NCBI RefSeq assembly: GCF_044704955.1 | Contig: NC_091987.1 | Coordinates: forward strand, 200,074,001-200,138,000 | Length of the DNA: 64,000 bases | Source of the DNA: Pristiophorus japonicus | Lineage: Eukaryota | Direction of reading: 5' to 3' | Shown: one piece after another, positions 50,938 to 62,402 of the stretch | Position numbering within the stretch: the stretch's first letter is position 1 | Layout of the letters: every line of letters begins with the position of its first letter | Translations under genes and position numbers: made by a program | Notes under the pieces: model-generated | What the model was told of the DNA's origin: nothing | Database searches by the model: none | What the model saw: only the letters and a program-made list of their open reading frames with translations

Positions 50938-51290
50938 ACGAGGATATAATGTTCCCCCCCCAAAAAAGGATGAGTTCACGGGTATTTCGAATGAAGAAAT
51001 CGAACTACATCCTCGAGGGTGGAAGATGCCTGTGCGTGGATTTTTTTAACTTGTGGTGGCCGTTGCACACCAGTCACCACACGGGCTTGACAGAGCTAGG
51101 TCTTGGTCCAGTGGCAAGGGTTAACCAAGACGACTGGAGACCAGCTCTGCTGCACGGACCTAGTACGCACACTTATTGCAGTGTGGGCTGGCCCGTGCTG
51201 CGCCTGGGCCCCTGGCCCCAAACTCACCCCTGCCCTGGGCCCCGATCACATCCTTTCACAGTCTCTCACCGCTCCTTCACCCCACTCTCT
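50938..51290 (-). mobile_element. Bipartite non-autonomous RTE derivative, copy A (its tail is displaced to 49633-49660 by the CR1)
   Basis: ggaagatgcctgtgcgtggattttttaac..ccagtggcaaggg..gactggagacc matches the RTE 5'UTR at 42600-42725. Confidence 0.8.
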
Positions 51291-51462
51291 GTCTTGTACC
51301 CTGATGGGAACTGAGCTGGGCTTTATGTTTTTGGGAGCATTGTATTGTTGAGACTATGGAAAGCTAAAGCATGTCTCGATAGTGTATCTTGTACCTTTCT
51401 TTACAACACAGACTTGGAGAACTTTTCAGCTTGTTCCTCCGATATACCTTTCAATGTTCTGG

Positions 51463-52196
51463 CTAGATTGAGGTCTGTCTGTTCTCTACCCTAGATTGAG
51501 GTACTGTCTATTCTCTACCCTAGATTGAGGTCTGTCTGTTCTCTACCCTAGATTGAGCTCTGTCTGTTCTCGACCCTAGATTGAGGTCTGTCTGTTCTCG
51601 ACCCTAGATTGAGGTCTGTCTGTTCTCTACCCTAGATTGAGGTCTGTCTGTTCTCGACCCTAGATTGAGGTACTGTCTATTCTCTACCCTAGATTGAGGT
51701 CTGTCTGTTCTCTACCCTAGATTGAGGTACTGTTATTCTCTACCCTAGATTGAGGTCTGTCTGTTCTCTACCCTAGATTGAGGTACTGTTATTCTCTACC
51801 CTAGATTGAGGTCTGTCTGTTCTCTACCCTAGATTGAGGTCTGTCTGTTCTCTACCCTAGATTGAGGTCTGTCTGTTCTCTACCCTAGATTGAAGTCTGT
51901 CTGTTCTCGACCCTAGATTGAGGTCTGTCTGTTCTCTACCCTAGATTGAGGTCTGTCTGTTCTCTACCCTAGATTGAGGTCTGTCTGTTCTCTACCCTAG
52001 ATTGAGGTCTGTCTGTTCTCTACCCTAGATTGAGGTCTGTCTGTTCTCGACCCTAGATTGAGGTACTGTCTATTCTCTACCCTAGATTGAGGTCTGTCTG
52101 TTCTCTACCCTAGATTGAGGTCTGTCTGTTCTCGACCCTAGATTGAGGTTTGTCCATTCTCGACCCGAGATTGAGGTACTGTCTATTCTATACCCT
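51463..52196. repeat. 28/29-bp minisatellite, about 26 copies
   Basis: Unit ctagattgaggtctgtctgttctctacc with interspersed variants. Confidence 0.97.
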
Positions 52197-52323
52197 GCCA
52201 CCTTCTTCATGCTTACTCAGCAACCTTTTGCAACAAAACATTTCTGATAAAACGCTCTGGCTGTTTTGTGGTAACGCCGTATATATAAAACCGACAAAAT
52301 CCCTGAAGCATTTAAAAACAATT

Positions 52324-52886
52324 TGGGCCCAAAATTGGTGGACTTACCGTCCGCTGCCGCCGAGTTTTCTCGATGGTCTCCCTGGTTTCTGGGCGGTCTC
52401 CCCTACGAGCGAGTTTGGTGGAGGCCACCCACTGGCGGGGAGAGAAGACCGCTGGGTACCGTCAGCTGACGTCCGCTGGCATGCGCCCGCGAGCAACGCC
52501 CACAAGTGTCCTCCCACCCACTGCATTGCCAGTTTGGTCCGGGCCGTCCTCCGCTCCAGCAGAGGAAAAGACCACCGCGTGGAGGCAGGTCTACCCTCAA
52601 TGGTAAGTATGGAGACCTGCAAAAATAGGTTAGTCCAGTTCTTTACTTTATTTTTTTTCCAGGGATTCATGTGGATGGGGTTCCCTGAAGGATTTCTAAA
52701 GATTATTTTTCTATGTTTAGAAATGTTTTTATCTCATCAGTTCCCCCTTCCCTGGGCCCGATTCAATCCTCGGCGGTACTTTGCCAGATTTTTCCATGAA
52801 ACTTCCACCCAAAATACCGTCAGAATCTCAGCTGTCCTTTTGGACGGTATTTGGGCGGAACTTAGCTTTCACCAATTTTGGGCCCA
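52324..52886. mobile_element. Harbinger-type MITE (~560 bp)
   Basis: Perfect 17-bp TIR tgggcccaaaattggtg / caccaattttgggccca. Confidence 0.88.
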
Positions 52887-53777
52887 ATGAGTGGCACTCG
52901 ACAAAGCATAGAACAAGTTGCTTGTTGTGTTCATACTCTAGTTATTTGTTATGCTCACAGAACTGACATTAGGACCCAGCGGGAGCTATTCAAGGTTGCT
53001 GTATTCATTCTGGTCATGTTGGTTTGGGACACCATTTTGGGTTGTTGTATAAAGCTCACGGTTTAAGTTACTTTTCTCCTGGCTCAGTTTGTCAGTTATT
53101 TACGCGGACACAACACTGCTCACAACAATGTGCCCAACCATAGAACTGGTATGTTCCCAGGGCTCCTTTGTGAAATAAAATCACCCCCTAAAAAAAGCCT
53201 CCAAAGTTAATAAACAACTGGTTTCCAGAATGAGTCATAAAATTAAAATCCAAATTATAAAAATGTACAAAACCACAAACTGTCATAACACTTGAAAACA
53301 TCCAATTTAACCATTTTGCTTGCTAAGTCGCTATGCGTATTAGGTGCAGGGGAAGGAAAGTGTATCATGGATGTCTCGTAATATTCACCCTGGTGGTTGA
53401 TGGGAACACTGAGGAGACCTTGGACCAATTGCAGTGAGGTACTGGTTGGTGAAACCGGAGATTATGAGGAAAGGATGTGCAGGTTGGACTTGTACCCATT
53501 GGAGTTGAAAAGAATGAGAGGCAATCTTATTGAAACATATAAGATTCTGAGGGGCCTTGACAGGGTAGATGCAGAGAGGATTGTGGGGGAATCTAGAACC
53601 AGGGGGCATAGTTTTAGAATAAGGGGTTGCCATTTAAGACGGAGATGAGGAGGAATTTCTTCTCTCAGAGGGTCGTGAATCTTTAGAATTCTCTATGCCA
53701 GACAGCAATAGAGGCTGAGTCATTGAATGTATTCAAGGCTGAGATAGACAGATTCTTGAACTATAGGAGAGTCAAGG

Positions 53778-54398
53778 TGTAATGTATGCACCTGTGAGTA
53801 TGCTCACAGGTTTGTAGAGCTGTTGACTCCTCGTAGGACTGCTCCTGGGCATGGCCAAGGGGGCCATCAACTGGTCCAGGTAGTGGGCGGTCCAGGGAGT
53901 CGTTCAGCCCGACTGCCTGCCTCACTTCCGCGGTTACATCCGGGCCAGGGTGTCCCTGGAGATGGAGCACGCGGTGTCCACCGGTACACTCGCGGCCTTC
54001 CACGAGAGGTGGGTGCCGGAGGGACTGGAGTGTATCATCACCCCCGGCAACCAAATTGTAATTTGATCTGTTTTAATGTCTAAAGTTTAATTTGTTCATT
54101 TGTCAGTTTTGGTGCCTTTAATAAGGGGGCATTTGATTTACAGGTTCAACTGAAATAGTTGTAGAGCTGTTGAGTTGCGAGTGGCTTAGATAGTGATGTG
54201 ATGGTCACAAGACTCAATAAAACCCCAGCCAGTTAGGTTCGGGGGATCCACAATGAGGCATGTGGTTGTGAGCCCAGTGGATGAACTGGTAATGTGTAGT
54301 GTGATTGTTAAACCTTTGCTAATAAACTAACTAGTTCTGAATAGCAATGTGATGCTATGAATTCTTAAGCAAAGAACCCATAAAGCAAATACATTACA
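53778..54398 (+). mobile_element. Solo LTR (different family from Gypsy #2), containing a Tx1-like insertion
   Basis: Termini tgtaatgta / tacattaca; TSD caagg/taagg; aataaa signals. Confidence 0.85.
53827..54158 (+). mobile_element. Tx1-like (L1 clade) LINE 3' end
   Basis: LLVGLLLGMAKGAINWSR..FRGYIRARVSLEMEHAVSTGTLAAFHERW..; flanked by the 15-bp direct repeat ttgtagagctgttga. Confidence 0.75.
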
Positions 54399-55025
54399 TA
54401 AGGGTTAAGGGGAACAGGCAGGGAAGTGGAGTTGAGGTCGAAGATCAGCCATGATCTTATTAAATGGCGGAGCAGGCTCGAGGGGTCGTATGATCTACTC
54501 CTGCTCCTATTTCTTATGTTCTTATGTTCTTTACTGCTGGGACAGCCATCGCCAATGAAAACAAAAGTGTTAAGTGACAGTATTTGAACATCCACATTTA
54601 AAGGGATTGCTGCTGCAGAGTCTGGGAGAGACATCCACAAATAGGAAAAACAACATGTGGAACTTTACTGGAAAATATGGCCTCAGCAACAATGCAGCCA
54701 CACCTCAATGGAATCACTTGTGTCTTGGCAACAGTTGTTCATGGGATGCCGGGACCATGCCAAGCACCAATCCACCTCCGTGGAAATAATAATAGTTTAT
54801 GGGGTAGTAATGATATATTTGAGAAAAACTGTTCCATACCATGAGAGTTTTTTTGGTACTTTTGCTATGTGTATGGTATATTCACTGAAGACTGGTGCAA
54901 TTGATTTTTTTTCTTATAAACACTGCCCCAAGCTACATAACTTGCAATTGAGCAACACATGTTCGATGCAATTGAGAACCGATGTTAAAAGAAGTGTATT
55001 TTAAGTATCATCTATTGAAATATAC

Positions 55026-55199
55026 CAGAGTTTAATTTGTGTAGTCTGCCACTGTTTATGGTTGCATATTAAATTTGTTCTACGCTCGATAGTGCTGCTG
55101 GTATTCATTTTGGCCAGTACACTTGAATTGCATAGTTGAACTTTATTACTGGTCCTCGACACAAATGATCTCCTCCAGTCAGTATAATTTAAATAAAAT
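55026..55199 (-). CDS. Candidate internal exon (174 nt, phase 2/2), unidentified
   Basis: Acceptor cattcaccatttgtacAG; stop-free FYLNYTDWRRSFVSRTSNKVQLCNSS..NLICNHKQWQTTQIKL; weaker donor GTATAT. Confidence 0.35.
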
Positions 55200-55308
55200 C
55201 TGTACAAATGGTGAATGTTACCAGAATAAGTAGTGCCGTTTTTTTACAGACATCTGACTCGTTTAGTTTGTCACTTTCTACAGTGGGGTGTTGATCCTGA
55301 TGAGTGTG

Positions 55309-55581
55309 GGGGCGATTTTAACCCTTCTCGCTCAGTAGAAACCTGGCGGCTGAGCAGTTAAAATCCCCCTGGCTCTTACCTGTCCGAAAGTCGCCATGAT
55401 CGCAACATCTGTAAATTTAACCTGCTCGCCTGAGCAGGCAGCAAGGACCCGCGCCAAAGCCAACAGGCCAACAGGACCCCTCTCTACATATGCATATTGA
55501 GGTCCGATGACATCATTGAGACCCAACTGTAAGTGTAAGTCAGGCCTGAGCGGGGGAATCCACCTGCAGTTAAAATCGGTC
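55309..55581. mobile_element. Short MITE-like element
   Basis: ggggcgattttaac ... gttaaaatcggtc imperfect inverted ends, plus an internal gttaaaatccccc. Confidence 0.5.
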
Positions 55582-56129
55582 AGGTTTTGATATAAGGTGC
55601 AAATTCATATGGGGTGGATTTTTCAGTCCCAGCGCTCGGGTGGTAGGACCGTTATACAGTGGGCTATTTCCCTGCCTGGACTCTGGAGAACTGATCTCAT
55701 TGAAACCTCCGGGGCAGGCCCAGATTGATATGCAGTGGGAGTTCCCAGCGTAGAATGCACCTTCCCCTAGGTGTTCATACAGTCAGGGGGCCAGGAGATT
55801 CAGAATTTGCACTGCTGCTGTGATTATGTAAAGGGCTGCAGCAGTCATTTGAAGGAATGGTGACCACTTATGTTCCTTGCTATCAGATCAGCCATTGAAC
55901 GGGCTCAAGAGGCTAAATGGCCTATGTTCCTATGTTAAAGATAAGTAGCCATAAATGTGGAGCGCATTAAAAAGAATCGAGGGTAAGAGTCTCCAGATGG
56001 CAAAACAAAATGGGCTGGCAAAAAAATCTGGATAGCAAAAAAATGTGAAGGCAGTTAAAGGAGTCTCTGGTCAAGTGATGAAATAGCACTGGACCTGAAG
56101 CCAATTTGATGGATAGCAAGGTGGTATTT

Positions 56130-56432
56130 TTCTTTATTCATTCGTGGGATGTGGGCGTCACTGACAAGACCAGCATTTATTGCCCATCTCTAAATGCCCT
56201 TGAGAAGGTGGTGGTGAGTCGCCTGCAGTCCGTGTGGTAAAGGTGTTCCCACAGTGCTGTTAGGGAGGGAATTCCAGGATTCTGACCCAGTAACTATGAA
56301 GGAACAGCGATACATTTCCAAGTCAGGCTGGAGGGGTGTTCCCATGCGTCTGCTAACCTTGTCCTTTTAGGTGGTAGGGGGTCGTGGGTTTGGGAGGTGC
56401 TGCCGAAGAAGCTATGACGAATTGCTGCAGTG
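56130..56432 (-). mobile_element. HER1-like LINE 3' fragment
   Basis: Reverse complement of the tail seen at 47050-47365. Confidence 0.8.
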
Positions 56433-56852
56433 CATCATCATCATCATCATAGGCGGTCCCTCGAACGAGGATGATGCTCCCACAAGAGTTCACAGACGTT
56501 TCAATGAAGGACCCGAAGTTCCAGTCCTGAACTCCAATTGAGGGGGTGGAAGATGCCTGTGCGTGGATTTTTTTAACGTATGCACATCAGCCACCACAGG
56601 GGCTTGACAGAGCTAGGCCTTTATCCAGTGGCAAGGGTTGAACCAGGACGACTGGAGACCTGCACTGCTACACGGACCTAGTGCGCACACATATCGCAGT
56701 GTGGGCTGGTCCGTGCTGCCCCTGTGCCCTCGGCTCTTCTGGGCCCCGTACCCTCATTCGCCGCACCTTCACCCACGATGTTCCAGGGCCCGATGCTCCA
56801 GTTCTATTTATAGCCCCGACCTGCGGTGGTGTTCTCACACAGGTCAGGGCAG
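56433..56852 (-). mobile_element. Bipartite non-autonomous RTE derivative, copy B
   Basis: RTE 5'UTR block joined directly to the cctcgttcgagggaccgcctat(gat)n tail; the head contains ctataaatag. Confidence 0.82.
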
Positions 56853-57264
56853 CCCACAGTGTGCCAGTGGAGGAGAGAGTGAATGTTCACATGCTGCTAC
56901 AAGAGGTGAATGTTAGCAGAGATTTAGGAGAGTTTAGCACTCAAAGAGAACTTTCCCATAAGACAACAGAAGAAAGGAGGAGTTGGCCAGAGTCAATGTT
57001 GGGGAACAGTCGGGGGGAGAAGATGGCTACAGTAAACAAGCTACTAAGGTGAAGATATCCAATAGAACCATAAACCAAATAGCTGGCTGGATTATATACA
57101 CCACAAATGCTGTTTGTCCCTGCTTCATATTTACAGCTAGCCCACGAATGTCCATATCAACATTTCTTGATCATTATTGTAACGGAGGCATTAACCTATT
57201 TAAAATAAGTGGGTTAATGCCTCCATTAGAACAGTGGACAGAAGATTTTGATATGGGTTATGCA

Positions 57265-57636
57265 TGGTCTCGCCCCTCCTTATCTCTAACCTTCTCCAGC
57301 CCTATAATCCTCCTAGACCTCTGCATTCCACCTATTCTGGCCTTTTGAAATCCCCGATTTTAAATGCTCCACCATTGGTGGCTGTGCCTTCAGCTGCCTA
57401 GGTCCTAAGCTCTGGAATTCTGTCCCCTAATCCCTTCGCCTCTCCACTTCTCTTTCCTCCTTTAAGAAGCTCCTTAAAACCTACCTCTTTGACCAAACTT
57501 TTGGTCATCTGCCCTAACATTTCCTTTTATGGCTCAGTGTCACATTTTGGTTGCTTTTGATAACACTCCTGTGAAGCGCCTTGGGACTTTTTTTATTACA
57601 TTAAAGGCACTGTATAAATTTAAGTTCTTGTTGTTG
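57265..57636 (+). mobile_element. L2-like LINE 3' fragment
   Basis: Homologous to 36890-37222; tail gtgaagcgccttgggac..ttaaaggcac..ttgttgttg. Confidence 0.82.
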
Positions 57637-58276
57637 TACAGTAATATCACACAGTGCAAAATCAGCCTTTACAGTGGATCGTCATATCACCGGTCTACAT
57701 CATACGATCACGATTAATATCATTATATCCCACCAACAGCCAGTATATTGGCCTGACATCTCTTCCATTTTCCATATATTCATCATATAAACATATGATT
57801 ATGATCCAGTCAATCTAAACTAATATAAATTACCTCAGGACGGCAAGTCAAACAGCATGCTGCAGAATGCAGACTCTCATCCCGATTATTGGTTTCTCAC
57901 AAGGAAGCCACGAGGATCTGAGACAATGCTTTATGCCAGCAGCACCCACCAAAAATAAAATAAATCCTGCAAAATTAACAAAATTGAGCAAGATTGGAGT
58001 TTCATCAGCAACTCCTACTCACTGACAGTGGCTTCCTTCCCTTTTGATTTCACTCAGCCTCGTGAACTCAAGGCCTGTTGCATTTATTGCTTAATTCAAT
58101 CGCTCTTAACTAACACAGCAATTACGCTGCTCGAACTTGGCCTCAGCATCTCATATGCTGAACAGGGCAAACGTTAACCAGGCTTCCTACTCCTGGTGTT
58201 AGATGCAATTATGTGAACATTGAGCGATAGCAGCATTGGGCTTTACTGTGAGGCTCTCAGTGGTGGACTAGTCTGT

Positions 58277-58819
58277 GCTACAAATCCCCTGGGAGGACAG
58301 ACGCACCAACGTTAGCGTCCTCGACCAGGCCAACATCTCCAGCATTGAAGCGCTGACCACACTTGATCAGCTCCGCTGGGCAGGCCACATAGTTCGCATG
58401 CCAGACACGAGACTCCCAAAGCAAGCGCTCTACTCGGAACTCCTTCACGGCAAACGAGCCAAAGGTGGGCAGCCGAAACGTTACAAGGGCACCCTCAAAG
58501 CCTCCCTGATAAAGTGCAACGTCCCCACTGACACCTGGGAGCCCCTGGCCAAAAACCACCCTAAGTGGAGGAAGTGCATCCGGGAGGGTGCTGAGCACCT
58601 CGAGTCTCGCCACCGAGAGCATGCAGAAATCAAGCGCAGGCAGCGGAAAGAGCGTGCGGCAAATCAGTCCCACCCACCTCTTCCCTCAACGACTATCTGT
58701 CCCACCTGTGATAGGGACTGTGGTTCCCATATTGGACTGTACAGCCATCTAAGAATTCATGTTAAGAGTGGAAGCAAGTTTTCCTCGATTCCGAGGGACC
58801 GCCTATGATGATGACGATG
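58277..58819 (+). mobile_element. RTE LINE 3' fragment with TSD
   Basis: ORF with RWAGHIVRMPDTRLPKQ and CPTCDRDC..HLRIH; (gat)n tail; agtctgt on both flanks. Confidence 0.93.
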
Positions 58820-59687
58820 AGTCTGTCAACATTCACATACCAGGTGAAGAATAGCCTTGAGATAATGCAGACCTGCCAACACCAGTTGGATTGTACCCCA
58901 GCAACCATCAAGAATGAAATGGGGAGAAAATTGGACGGTTGGAAGTCTTGCCGTATCAGTTTTGCTCAATTGTGTTATTTCAATTTGCTGTGCGTCTCTT
59001 CCATTTGCTATTCTGTCTCTTATTAGGAGACTAACAGACATGGCTTTCGCTTTTGAGACAGAATCATATTTTTCAACTGCTGCTAAAATAACAAATGCAT
59101 ATCAAATCTTTACACTTTTGTACAAATTGCTAAAAGCTGCTGAAGCTCATTAATCATAGCGGTTCGGAAACGTGGAGCCATTCTCAACAAGTGAAGTAAG
59201 TTAGGAGATGGCAACTACCTTGAAAACTTTGTTTAACCCAACACTGTGTTCTGCTCCCTTATCTGTGCTGTCATGTGTGGACAGTCATGTCTTTGCTGCA
59301 TACACTGCTCTGCCAAAAACCTTTCTGCCAAGCAATGCTTTTCAGTTTCAAATGCAAAGGAGGGGAGGGGAGCTTTTGCTGCAGCCAAGAATGTAGTTTG
59401 ATTTAAATTCAAAGGATTAAGGCTTTCCAAAATCTGATTTCATTCAGCATGGGGATGGTGGAAGCCAAAGAGTATGGACTTATTCTTCATTAATGTGTCC
59501 ATTTTCCATACAGAACTGAACGTATCTTGGATTGGACCAATGAAAATGTAGAGCAAGCACCCACAGAGGAGTCAGATTTTTTTTTGGGGTGGGGTGGGTG
59601 TTGTGATTCTAGAATAAAACAGGACACCTGAATCTTTTCATCACCTCCCCCCATTTCCTTTACCTCTGACTCTTATTGCTTATCCAG

Positions 59688-60108
59688 CATCATCATAGGC
59701 GGTCCCTCGACTTGCTTCCACATGAGTTCACAGACGTTTCAATGAAGGACCCGAACCCAGTCCTGAACTCCAATTGAGGGGGTGGGAGATGCCTGTGTGA
59801 TGACCGTTGCACATCAGCCACCACACGGGCTTGACAGAGCTGGCCTTTATCCAGTGACAAGGGTTAACTAGGACGACTGGAGACCTGCTCTGCTGCACGG
59901 ACCAAGTGCACATATATCGCAGTGTGGGCAGGTCCGTGCTGCCCCTGGGCCCTCGGCTCTTCTGGGTCCCGTACCCCCATTCACCGCACCCCAGCCACGA
60001 TCTCTCGCCGCTCCTCCGCCACAAACATTCGCCGCACTTCCGCCACGATCTCTCACCGCACCTCCGCACCAAACATTCACCGAACCTCCGCCGCGATCTC
60101 CCACCAAA
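59688..60108 (-). mobile_element. Bipartite non-autonomous RTE derivative, copy C, with a tandem-repeat head
   Basis: Same body as copy B; ~20-bp repeats at 59980-60105; TSD gcttatccagcat / gcctatccaacat. Confidence 0.82.
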
Positions 60109-60672
60109 GCCTATCCAACATGTCGCTAAAGCACATAGGTGCATAGATGGCACTGATGTAAATTAAGCTACATTTAATCATTTTTGTTTAAGTTACATTT
60201 GAACATCGGTTACTTATCAGAACTCCAAGTAACTTACAGGCATGTTCCTATCGTCGACATTTCACACAAATGTAGACGGCATCTGTAGGTCAGGGTCACA
60301 CTGAGAGGTTAGCAGCCCACCTTTAGTACAAATATATTCAACCACCAGACCCATCACCAATACAAAATATACGAACCGTGATGCTCAAACCAGGACACTG
60401 CATTCTACAGCACGTAATGTACTTCTAATGGGTTATTGATCATTTTAGTTGAAATGTTACTGAACTGTACAATGTTGTTCTGATGAAGGATTTAAGAGGA
60501 AGCTAACTAAGTGTGTGAGGGAGAAAGGAATAGAAGGTTATGCTGATAGGTTGAGATGAAGTAGGGTAGGATGTGGCGTATGAAACGGCTAATTGGCTCG
60601 AAAGCTTAGTGATAGCATTAATAAGTAACTAACTAACTACCTAACTTTGTTAACGCTATTGTGTAGAGAACA

Positions 60673-61179
60673 TCATCATCATAGGCAGTCCCTCGGAATC
60701 GAGGAAGACTTGCTTCCACCCTTAGCATGAGTTCTTAGGTGGCTGTATAGTCCAATATAGGAACCACAGTCTCTGCCACAGGTGGGATAGATAGTCATTG
60801 AGGGAAAGGGTGGGCAGGGAGCCTAGTTTGCCGCACGCTCCTTCCGTTGCCTGCGCTTGATTTCTGCATGCTCTCGGCGACAATACTCGAGGAGCTCAGT
60901 GCCCTCCTGAATGCACTTCCTTCACTTAGGGCGGTCTGTGGCTATGGGATTGGATGGAATCCCTGCTGAGGCACTGAAGTATGGCGGAGGGGCACTACTG
61001 GCGCGAATACACAACCTCATCTCTCTCATCTGGAGGGAGGAGAGCATGCCAGGAGATCGTAGAGATGCAGTGATCGTGGCCATCTTTAAAAAAGGGGACA
61101 AGTCCGACTGCGGCAACTACAGAGGAATCTCCCTGGGTATCAACCACTGGGAAAGTTGTCGCTAGAGTCCTCTTCAACC
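60673..61179. mobile_element. RTE insertion with inverted 5' part (3' tail on minus 60673-60942; RT-start segment on plus 60940-61179)
   Basis: (cat)n tail; plus segment DGIPAEALKYGG..KKGDKSDCGNYRGISL; flanking direct repeat gtagagaaca / gtagtgaaca. Confidence 0.9.
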
Positions 61180-62402
61180 GTAGTGAACAACAGAGTCAGC
61201 AAACTGCATCTTGTTATTGAAGCCGGAACAAACCTCAGTTACAATGCTAGGAAGACGGGACATGATCAGATAACTGATTGGTGTAGGTATACGGTGTGAT
61301 CAGTGCAAGAATATTAGGGAAACAAGGGAAGTAAGTGTGGTGCCTGCAGATTGATTTAGGCTGTGTGCAGTTCCATTTTCTGGTGTGTAAAAGATGGCTG
61401 TTCAGTGCAGAAGATTTTGAGGCGAGAGGCGATGGGAAGCGAACTGACCTATCATGTAACATCAAGAGGCACACTTCTATCCGGGATGGAGCGCCCAATA
61501 AAAGTATAATAAGGTATAAAAGTATAATAATATTAAGGAAATCAAGGGATATGGGGATAGTGCAGGAAAGTGGAGTTGAGGTAAAAGATCAGCCATGATC
61601 TCAGGCTCGAGGGGCCTAATGGCCTTCTCCTGCTCCTATTTCTTATATTCTTCTGTTGTATCCAATTGGAGTTGAGTTGAGTTCTCCAGTGAGGCTCGTG
61701 TGCAGCAAAAACCCTGGCATAGACCTGTTGGGCCAAATGGCCTGTTTCTGTGCTGTAAACTCCATGTTTCACATCCCTGAAGTGTCGTTTCCATTTACAG
61801 ATCCCCACTCACCCACTGTGCATTTCCAGATTTCCAGCTTTTATCTCAGATTCCCAGCTTTTTTGCTTTTATCGTACTGCTTTGTTTGGCCAATGTAACG
61901 TCAGATATTTGGGGTGTTTTTATTTACTTGATGCTGGCAGATCTGTGAGGCTATATTGAGTTTATTGTGTTTCCTGAGGGACCAGGAACCACCCTGGAAA
62001 ATTACTCAGCAGCAGATGGTTAATAGAGACTCTTTTGGTAGGAAATGGTTATTAGTTTAAAATAAATACATTTGTGCATCCAGTCCCACTGCTGCCTAGT
62101 TGGGCAAACACCCCAACTCTCGCATGATTACATAATTTAAACATGAAATAAATATGATCAAAAACAGCTCAGGCAATATTTTAAAAAATAAAATAAAAAC
62201 AGATTTTGACTGTGGAGGAGGCAAGTGATGGCAGGCTGAAGTTTCCGAATATTCCAGTCCTAGTGAGAACGGTCATTTTCTGCCTTTGCATCCAAAGTCA
62301 GCATAAAGCTTTAACTGCTCAGTCCCAGACACTATCCCTAATTCCGACCCTCAGAAGACAAGCGGTCCTGCAAAAATGAGCCATTTCCAACTCCCACACT
62401 AT

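Larger units (their letters stand above)
53460..54529 (+). mobile_element. CR1 3' fragment interrupted by a solo LTR
   Basis: YEERMCRLDLYPLELKRMRGNLIETYKIL; resumes at 54399 and ends in (ttcttatg)n. Confidence 0.9.

Noticed and set aside
51463-52196. CRISPR-like array of ~28-bp repeats
   Set aside because: Units are contiguous with no unique spacers, there are no cas genes, and the context is vertebrate.
52150-52890. 246-aa ORF
   Set aside because: It runs from a minisatellite through a TIR-bounded MITE and shows no recognisable domain.
58841-59030. Minus-strand open frame ending at a GTATGT donor
   Set aside because: Weak acceptor and no recognisable protein features.
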